From positions 1 to 31,035 of IMG/VR virus record IMGVR_UViG_3300034418_000868: DNA of 31,035 nt. One strand, given 5' to 3'. The notes beneath the pieces are model-generated. The model was not told the DNA's origin. It worked only from the letters and a program-made list of their open reading frames with translations, and ran no database searches. This stretch comes from a virus (taxonomy: Duplodnaviria > Caudoviricetes). Each line of letters opens with the position of its first letter. The stretch's first letter is position 1. Below are positions 26,086 through 31,035 of this stretch, in pieces. The translations under genes and the position numbers were made by a program.

Positions 26086-26140
26086 CTTTCCCCCTTATCT
26101 CTGTCGGCTTTTGCTGGGCTCGTTACCCAGACCGACTTTC
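26066..26140 (+). ncRNA. Candidate antisense sRNA with anti-Shine-Dalgarno loop
   Basis: Closing stem AGTCGG/CCGACT; arm GTTGACA/TGTCGGC with loop TCTTTCCCCCTTATCTC; arm CTGGG/CCCAG; short T tail. Confidence 0.55.
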
Positions 26141-26162
26141 CAATCCTAAACCCGGGTGAAGT

Positions 26163-26372
26163 TTAATGCAACTCCCGGGTGACGTACTCTTCATAGCTAT
26201 CTATGTACTGCTCGTTATCTTCAAACCAGTTTTCAATCATTTTCAAGAAAAAGTTCATCGTGTTAATCGCATCGTGATCCTTGCCGGAGAACTTGCTGTG
26301 GCTCTTGATAAACCACTCATTTAACTCGTCCGGCGTCATAATGTGAAATGTTATCTCTTCTTCTTTATTCAT
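26163..26372 (-). CDS. Hypothetical protein
   Basis: 69 aa, follows the NinG-like gene. Confidence 0.7.
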   Translation of the reverse strand: MNKEEEITFHIMTPDELNEWFIKSHSKFSGKDHDAINTMNFFLKMIENWFEDNEQYIDSYEEYVTRELH

Positions 26373-26373
26373 C

Positions 26374-26790
26374 TTAAAATCCTGTAAATTCTAATCGGCC
26401 AGACTCGCCCGCGGCTCGCCTTGAGAGCATAGTCTCATACTCCAATTTATAATGTTTGGCGATCTCCTTCTCCGATTTGTGAAGGCTCTTCGCCAAATTG
26501 GTATCGTTGCGCTTCTCGTTAAGGATTTCGACAACTCCCGGTCCGAGCCTTTCCTCAGCCCATCTCTGGAAATCGTGCGGATTACTGCCAAGTAGCATGT
26601 GGCAGCTCATGCAATGCGCGAAAGCATTATCAGGGTCCCATCTGACAGCCTTCGCCCGGCGCCCGAAGTAGTGGCTACAGTGGAGCCCTTGAGAGTTCTG
26701 CTGGTACACTGTTCCGCAATGTTCACAGGTCCAATTAGCTCTCTCTCTCACGCATTTAGAGAACCAGCTATCTGAAGATTTTAGCCGCAT
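26374..26790 (-). CDS. ninG: NinG/Rap-like recombination endonuclease
   Basis: FSKCVRER..WTCEHCG...LHCSHYFGR....RWDPDNAFAHCMSCH pattern. Confidence 0.75.
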   Translation of the reverse strand: MRLKSSDSWFSKCVRERANWTCEHCGTVYQQNSQGLHCSHYFGRRAKAVRWDPDNAFAHCMSCHMLLGSNPHDFQRWAEERLGPGVVEILNEKRNDTNLAKSLHKSEKEIAKHYKLEYETMLSRRAAGESGRLEFTGF

Positions 26791-26971
26791 CTGTTTTTAT
26801 ATCCCACGCTAAATTATATTTGAGGCACTGGATGGTCCAGACGGCTCGCCTAGCCACATCTGGCTTCATATATTTCTGATAATATTTAAGCATCTCAATG
26901 CTGGATTTTTTGTTCATAAGCGGATTCTGGCGCAAGATTTCCTTAACCTCATGCCGAACCACATAGCTCAT
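26768..26971 (-). CDS. Hypothetical protein
   Basis: Start moved to ATG 26971 (ATGA overlap with the upstream stop). Confidence 0.6.
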   Translation of the reverse strand: MSYVVRHEVKEILRQNPLMNKKSSIEMLKYYQKYMKPDVARRAVWTIQCLKYNLAWDIKTDAAKIFR

Positions 26972-27294
26972 CTCAAGTTCATTTCTGCCCTGCTCGTTGC
27001 CTGCTTGCTGCGCCATGACTCAAACCTCATTTTTCGGACTTCAATCTGAAACCGTAGGGCTGTAGCCTGTTCTACCGCTTCCTTGATGCCTTCTAGCAAT
27101 TCTTGATATTCAGGATGAGAGTAAGCCTCTCGCTCTTGTTTGGCAATGGCTAAACCCGGTTCCTTAGCTTCTGCATCGGCCATTAGTATAGCTTTTTTAG
27201 ACTTTCTGAATTCAAGCAAATAGGCTCGGTTGGCCTCGGCTGTCGCGTAGTCTTTTGTCAGCTGCTCGAAGTCTTGCCAGCTTTCGGCGTTCAT
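26968..27294 (-). CDS. Coiled-coil hypothetical protein (possible recombination accessory)
   Basis: YATAEANRAYLLEFRKSKKAILM...QEREAYSHPEY; GGAG SD before ATG 27294. Confidence 0.7.
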   Translation of the reverse strand: MNAESWQDFEQLTKDYATAEANRAYLLEFRKSKKAILMADAEAKEPGLAIAKQEREAYSHPEYQELLEGIKEAVEQATALRFQIEVRKMRFESWRSKQATSRAEMNLR

Positions 27295-27433
27295 AGGCGA
27301 TCTCCACATGAGTTTTTACAAGCGCTCGGAAGTGCTCCGGGACTCTTCCCAGAGCCTCCCTGCGCTCTTTTTTAGTTTCTAGCGACATGATATATGCCGC
27401 CATTTGTCTAGGTTTTCCAGATAGCAAAGCCAT
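27212..27433 (-). CDS. Hypothetical protein
   Basis: KKERREALGRVPEHFRALVKTHVEIA; fills the gap between coupled genes. Confidence 0.6.
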   Translation of the reverse strand: MALLSGKPRQMAAYIMSLETKKERREALGRVPEHFRALVKTHVEIAYERRKLARLRAADKRLRDSRGQPSLFA

Positions 27434-27638
27434 CTTCTACCTTTCGGCTCTTGGGTCTAAAATCCAAATCGTGCCTACGGCAGTAGCTGTGGATGTTGCT
27501 CAGCTCCTTACGCATCTCTTCCTGCTCATCGTACAGCAGGCATTCGCTGCTGCCCTTTTTGAGATCAAGAAAGGCTGCTACGCAATCACTTTTTAAATAA
27601 TGGCCGTTTTCTGGAATTTTTCTGTTGGCAATTTTCAA
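27408..27638 (-). CDS. Hypothetical protein
   Basis: 76 aa, overlaps the SSB-like gene stop. Confidence 0.6.
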   Translation of the reverse strand: MKIANRKIPENGHYLKSDCVAAFLDLKKGSSECLLYDEQEEMRKELSNIHSYCRRHDLDFRPKSRKVEDGFAIWKT

Positions 27639-27886
27639 AACGGAATATCCTCAAAGTCAACTTCAAGAGGCTTGGCTTGCGGTTCTGCGGGTGCTTTCTG
27701 TTGTTTTTTGGAAAATGACAAACTGAGTATCGGTTTTTTAGGATTTTCAGAAACATCATTTTTCCAAATGTTTACAAAATACTCGGTCCCGTCAATATCG
27801 CAAGTTCCAGTCAAGTGTGGATGCTTTTCGGAAGACCTTCTGTCGTTCTTCCAAACAGCTCCGCGGTTAGAATTATCGTATGGCAT
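27635..27886 (-). CDS. Putative single-stranded DNA-binding protein (short, DUF736-like)
   Basis: GAVWKND...HPHLTG...IDGTEYFVNIW; acidic SSB-type tail DFEDIPF; next to the annealase. Confidence 0.75.
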   Translation of the reverse strand: MPYDNSNRGAVWKNDRRSSEKHPHLTGTCDIDGTEYFVNIWKNDVSENPKKPILSLSFSKKQQKAPAEPQAKPLEVDFEDIPF

Positions 27887-28644
27887 TAGTAACTCTCCTG
27901 ATTTAACGCCGAGACAAACTTTTCTTTAATTACCTTTCTCTCAGCTGTGGTGAATGGGCCACCTTTAGATGGAGCCCGGAAAAGCAGCTTACTATCCTGC
28001 GGTGATAGTCCAAACCACAGCTCAGCAGCTACATATAGCTCTTCAAGGTTCTCTTCGCGTGAGTACCTTTCAATTGCCTCTTTAACGTCCTGAATCAACC
28101 CGTGGTTGTTCAGAATCGCCTGGGTGTTATCGGTCATGAAGGTATCTAGCTTCCAATCATCGTCACGGGTATAGCTGTATCGAATCTCATTGTCGCTGTA
28201 AGCGCGAAGCTCAACAACGCCATTGTCATCAGTTAAGCCCTCCCAGCGCAGACGCAGGTATTTAGGATCTTCGCCATCTTTCAGATCAATAACGATATTG
28301 GGATAGTCGTACAGCTCCCGGCCTATGCCGAGATTGAAGCAAGCCCGCTTGAACGCATCAGACGCTGCGCCTTTCTCGGACTCGAAGTTAGATGGTGTTC
28401 CGACATCTTGCACCCACACCCAGTCCTTAATCTCTGAGTTGTAGATGCCGACAGAACAGTAAAGGTTGCCGTCAATAACATCATGCTTGCGCTGCCAGTA
28501 ACCGGGACCGACTGCAGAATCTAAGCGGTTTTGATCAACGCGAGCATCCTTGTAGGCTAAGTAGCTGACTTTGTTTTTAAACTGTCGGCCTTGCCTAAAT
28601 TCTACTTCGCTGATTTTTAATGGTATTTTTAGTTTTTCGTACAT
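27886..28644 (-). CDS. Rad52/Sak-like single-strand annealing protein
   Basis: YKDARVDQNRLD..VGP..WQ; DVG...EKGAASDAFKRACFNLGIGRELY. Confidence 0.88.
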   Translation of the reverse strand: MYEKLKIPLKISEVEFRQGRQFKNKVSYLAYKDARVDQNRLDSAVGPGYWQRKHDVIDGNLYCSVGIYNSEIKDWVWVQDVGTPSNFESEKGAASDAFKRACFNLGIGRELYDYPNIVIDLKDGEDPKYLRLRWEGLTDDNGVVELRAYSDNEIRYSYTRDDDWKLDTFMTDNTQAILNNHGLIQDVKEAIERYSREENLEELYVAAELWFGLSPQDSKLLFRAPSKGGPFTTAERKVIKEKFVSALNQESY

Positions 28645-28672
28645 AACAATTCTCCAATGAATCTGGAGATAG

Positions 28673-28701
28673 ATTGTAATGCAGGTGATGTTGTATTGCT
28701 A
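28673..28701 (-). promoter_or_regulatory. Putative sigma70 promoter of the recombination operon
   Basis: TAGCAA-17 bp-TACAAT, followed by the SD-occluding hairpin TCTCCA-GATTCAT-TGGAGA. Confidence 0.55.
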
Positions 28702-29115
28702 GCTTTTTGTGTATTGGTTGCTGACAAGCATATCAGCAAGCTCTACCGCCCGGTTTCCGGTCTGTTTAGCGAATTTAGAATCAAGCACCTCTGCGCCAGC
28801 GTCCTTCCAATTCCCGTTCTGAATTGCCCACATCAATTTACGAAAGTGAGAAAAAGAAGGTCCACCGACGCAGAAGTACAAATCTATAATAGCATCACGG
28901 CGGGCGCCGTCCAGCGTATTAAACCATTCATAATGACCGAGTTCTTGGATGCAGACGTTGATGTCACGCTGGAGAAGCATCATAGCCTCTTTCTCGGTAA
29001 TCCCGTTATCTGTAAGGTTACGCCCTACTCCGATAGTTGTTTTGCCCGCAGTGCACTCGTAGGGTCTCAGGCGCAGCCCTTCGTGCTTTATGAGTAGGTC
29101 AGTCAAGTTGTTCAT
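28699..29115 (-). CDS. Endolysin, GH24/T4-type lysozyme
   Basis: HEGLRLRPYECTAGKTTIGVGRNL catalytic segment; AGAEVLDSKFAKQTGNRA. Confidence 0.92.
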   Translation of the reverse strand: MNNLTDLLIKHEGLRLRPYECTAGKTTIGVGRNLTDNGITEKEAMMLLQRDINVCIQELGHYEWFNTLDGARRDAIIDLYFCVGGPSFSHFRKLMWAIQNGNWKDAGAEVLDSKFAKQTGNRAVELADMLVSNQYTKS

Positions 29116-29299
29116 CAGTAAGTTGTCCTGAAAGCCACGATTGATTTAAAGAGAGAATACCGAGTATTGTGTATGGACTGAGACCAGCATCGAGCTTCAT
29201 CTCGATCCACTTGCTCAACTGCTCATCAGCCTCAACAGCCATATCCTCCAGCTTCTCAGCAGAAAAGACGGGGAGATCTATCACGTTAGTCATCGACAA
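29099..29299 (-). CDS. Hypothetical protein
   Basis: 66 aa, overlaps both neighbours. Confidence 0.65.
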   Translation of the reverse strand: MSMTNVIDLPVFSAEKLEDMAVEADEQLSKWIEMKLDAGLSPYTILGILSLNQSWLSGQLTDEQLD

Positions 29300-30545
29300 A
29301 TATTCCTGAGCTTACAATCTTTCCATGATCTGGCGAAGTCAGCCAGTATGCCTGCTGTGGTGGCTCCGGCCTGAACCCATTTATTCGCGCATATTCGTCA
29401 TAGCCTTTGAGAGATCCATTCACCATAAAGTGGCCCAGATCGCGGTACTGATGCCAATGTCCGACCATGTGGTAGTCAATGTGTCCCCAGGAAGTCAGGC
29501 GCTTGTCGTGCAATCGCATCAATGGAGAGAACATACCGCCCCAACCGCTCCCGCCGCGGGTTGCATCACCGTGTTCCATATAGAATTGCCAGCCGTAAGT
29601 CTTCCAACCGATGTCAAAGGTGAATGGTATGTCGAATTTGATATTGTCTATTTTTTGCAGCCTCAGCATATTCGCTACAGTGCGGCACAGCAGAAAATCG
29701 AAATTATCAGCAACTCGGCCCTTCATTCTGGGCTTGCGCGTATTCCTGCCGTGATTGCCAACCACGCAGGGAACATAGATCGTCTTGAATTCTCTGGACA
29801 AATAAACAAAGCCCTTTGCGATTTCTTGAGCCCAATAATCAACCGTCTCCATGATCTCGGCGTCATTAGACCTGGCAAGCTCCTCGTGGATATTCCCTCC
29901 GACCAAGTCACCCCCCAGGGGCAAATCAAGATGCTCAACCTCAAACCCAGACATATAGTCCTGGCTCATGGTTATGACTTTAGTGAAGAAGTTATGAAGC
30001 CGCCGGGTTGCGATCTGTCTATTGTATTCATTGGTCCCGCCCATCTCTTCGAGTGAAACAACCTCGTCAAAATGAGTGTCTGATAGCATCGCGCCAGCAG
30101 CAACGATAGGCTTTTTGGATTTCTTCCTGCGGGATTTGCTTGGAGGCTTGAGTTCAAAGTCTTCGGATTGATCCAGAAGGTTTAAGACATCTTCTGATTC
30201 TGTGAGCCTCTTTTCTAGCTCTTTATTCTCAGCAGTCAGCGACTTTATCTGTCGCTTCAGTTTGTGTTCTTCAGTGACCGTAAGTGTTTCATATTCAACA
30301 ATTCTGACAGTCAGATCTTCGTAGGACTCATCCTCATCAGCGTACCACGGTCCCTCGTAACCAGACTTCCTGGCCTGTTTTTTAACTCTAGTCAAAGTGT
30401 GGTGGATATTAGACGCATCAATGCCTAACTCAGCAGCAGCTTTCTCCGCGCTGCCATGCTTCAACCACAGTCTAATTTTCTCAGCCTGCACATCAGTGGA
30501 GCAGTAATTTATTAAATTGGGGTGTGGCGGTCTCGCAGCAGGCAT
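29286..30545 (-). CDS. Calcineurin-like metallophosphoesterase with N-terminal HTH and coiled-coil
   Basis: SDTH, GGDLV, GNHGR, HGD and GHWH metal-binding motifs; AEKAAAELGIDASNI (HTH). Confidence 0.88.
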   Translation of the reverse strand: MPAARPPHPNLINYCSTDVQAEKIRLWLKHGSAEKAAAELGIDASNIHHTLTRVKKQARKSGYEGPWYADEDESYEDLTVRIVEYETLTVTEEHKLKRQIKSLTAENKELEKRLTESEDVLNLLDQSEDFELKPPSKSRRKKSKKPIVAAGAMLSDTHFDEVVSLEEMGGTNEYNRQIATRRLHNFFTKVITMSQDYMSGFEVEHLDLPLGGDLVGGNIHEELARSNDAEIMETVDYWAQEIAKGFVYLSREFKTIYVPCVVGNHGRNTRKPRMKGRVADNFDFLLCRTVANMLRLQKIDNIKFDIPFTFDIGWKTYGWQFYMEHGDATRGGSGWGGMFSPLMRLHDKRLTSWGHIDYHMVGHWHQYRDLGHFMVNGSLKGYDEYARINGFRPEPPQQAYWLTSPDHGKIVSSGIFVDD

Positions 30546-30588
30546 AGGCTCACCGTTAAATAATTACACCAAGCATGGTGGGGGTAAA

Positions 30589-30792
30589 CTAATTACCGGA
30601 CTGGCAAAAGGCTAAAACTTGTTCTGGGGTCCAATCGGCGGGAGCTTTGACAATTACTATTTCTCCCTGGGTATCTGTGAAGTAACCCTCGGCGTGAATA
30701 TTTCCGCAAGCATGGGATGCGCCCGCGAGGATATCAGTTGTTGTGCTGCAGGCAGTCATTGATAACAAACAAACTATTGCTAAACATCTCAT
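30589..30792 (-). CDS. Small lipoprotein (possible spanin-type or exclusion protein)
   Basis: Start moved to ATG 30792: MRCLAIVCLLSMTA|CSTT lipobox; ATGA overlap with the upstream stop. Confidence 0.7.
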   Translation of the reverse strand: MRCLAIVCLLSMTACSTTTDILAGASHACGNIHAEGYFTDTQGEIVIVKAPADWTPEQVLAFCQSGN

Positions 30793-31035
30793 TTGAATAA
30801 TCCCCTTGTCCATTGGTATACCCTTACGGGAGTCCACATAACCCACTGCCCTACAGGGTGCACGTTACACACTGCTAATGCTTCTCTGAATATCTTATCT
30901 GCCACTCTCTGGTCTATGCCGTACATATTTTGTACCGCCTCACAGCATAAGTAGTCGTGCACTATTGCAGCCTTACGGTTCTTGGCATTTGCCACTGGGA
31001 CAAGCCATCTCATTAACATTGGCACACTAGCCAGG
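30789..31035 (-). CDS. DUF1353-like protein (5' end beyond window)
   Basis: LASVP...AAIVHDYLC...ADKIFREAL pattern; the frame is open to the window edge. Confidence 0.8.
   Translation of the reverse strand, partial: LASVPMLMRWLVPVANAKNRKAAIVHDYLCCEAVQNMYGIDQRVADKIFREALAVCNVHPVGQWVMWTPVRVYQWTRGLFK

Noticed and set aside
25720-26140. tRNA, tmRNA or self-splicing intron in the non-coding region
   Set aside because: No T-loop/acceptor-stem cloverleaf or intron core was recognised, and no interrupted gene flanks it. A covariance-model search is still needed.
25955-26149. 64-aa plus-strand ORF over the structured region
   Set aside because: It has no clear SD or protein-like features; the region is better explained by the antisense promoter and sRNA.
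28657-30056. Plus-strand ORFs of 146 and 243 aa, and the other plus-strand ORFs in the track
   Set aside because: Nearly all lie antisense to well-supported genes and show no recognisable motifs.
1545-30545. Stop-codon reassignment or a lysogeny module
   Set aside because: Genes are full length under the standard code with all three stops used. No integrase or CI/Cro divergent pair is in the window, so lifestyle cannot be called.

Overview
A 31 kb fragment of a tailed dsDNA phage (or prophage) with P22-type (podovirus) morphogenesis genes. Every credible protein-coding gene is on the minus strand. In transcription order (right to left): DUF1353-like gene, lipoprotein, metallophosphoesterase and GH24-like lysozyme; Rad52/Sak-like annealase, SSB-like and NinG-like genes; a ~460 bp structured non-coding region; a small-gene cassette region with repeated regulatory motifs; HNH-AP2 endonuclease, SF2 helicase and stand-alone primase Zn finger; HNH, TerS, TerL and portal; a 900 aa polyvalent protein (methyltransferase + ART + unknown domain); scaffold, coat, three small Lys-rich proteins, gp4, gp10, four putative ejection proteins; and a tail fibre truncated by the window edge. 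No integrase, repressor, DNA polymerase, tRNA or CRISPR array was seen. The best candidates for novel biology are: (1) small basic proteins ending in the same C-terminal motif as the scaffold (-GAMFE/-GAKFE/-RAKFE/-NTYE), a possible capsid cargo-loading tag; (2) a structured ncRNA + leader peptide + antisense RNA unit in the recombination/replication region; (3) a polyvalent protein whose ART domain is bracketed by an identical 14-aa linker with synonymously diverged codons; (4) an NrdR-box-like operator in the head-gene promoter. All family calls come from recognising motifs by eye; no database search was run.
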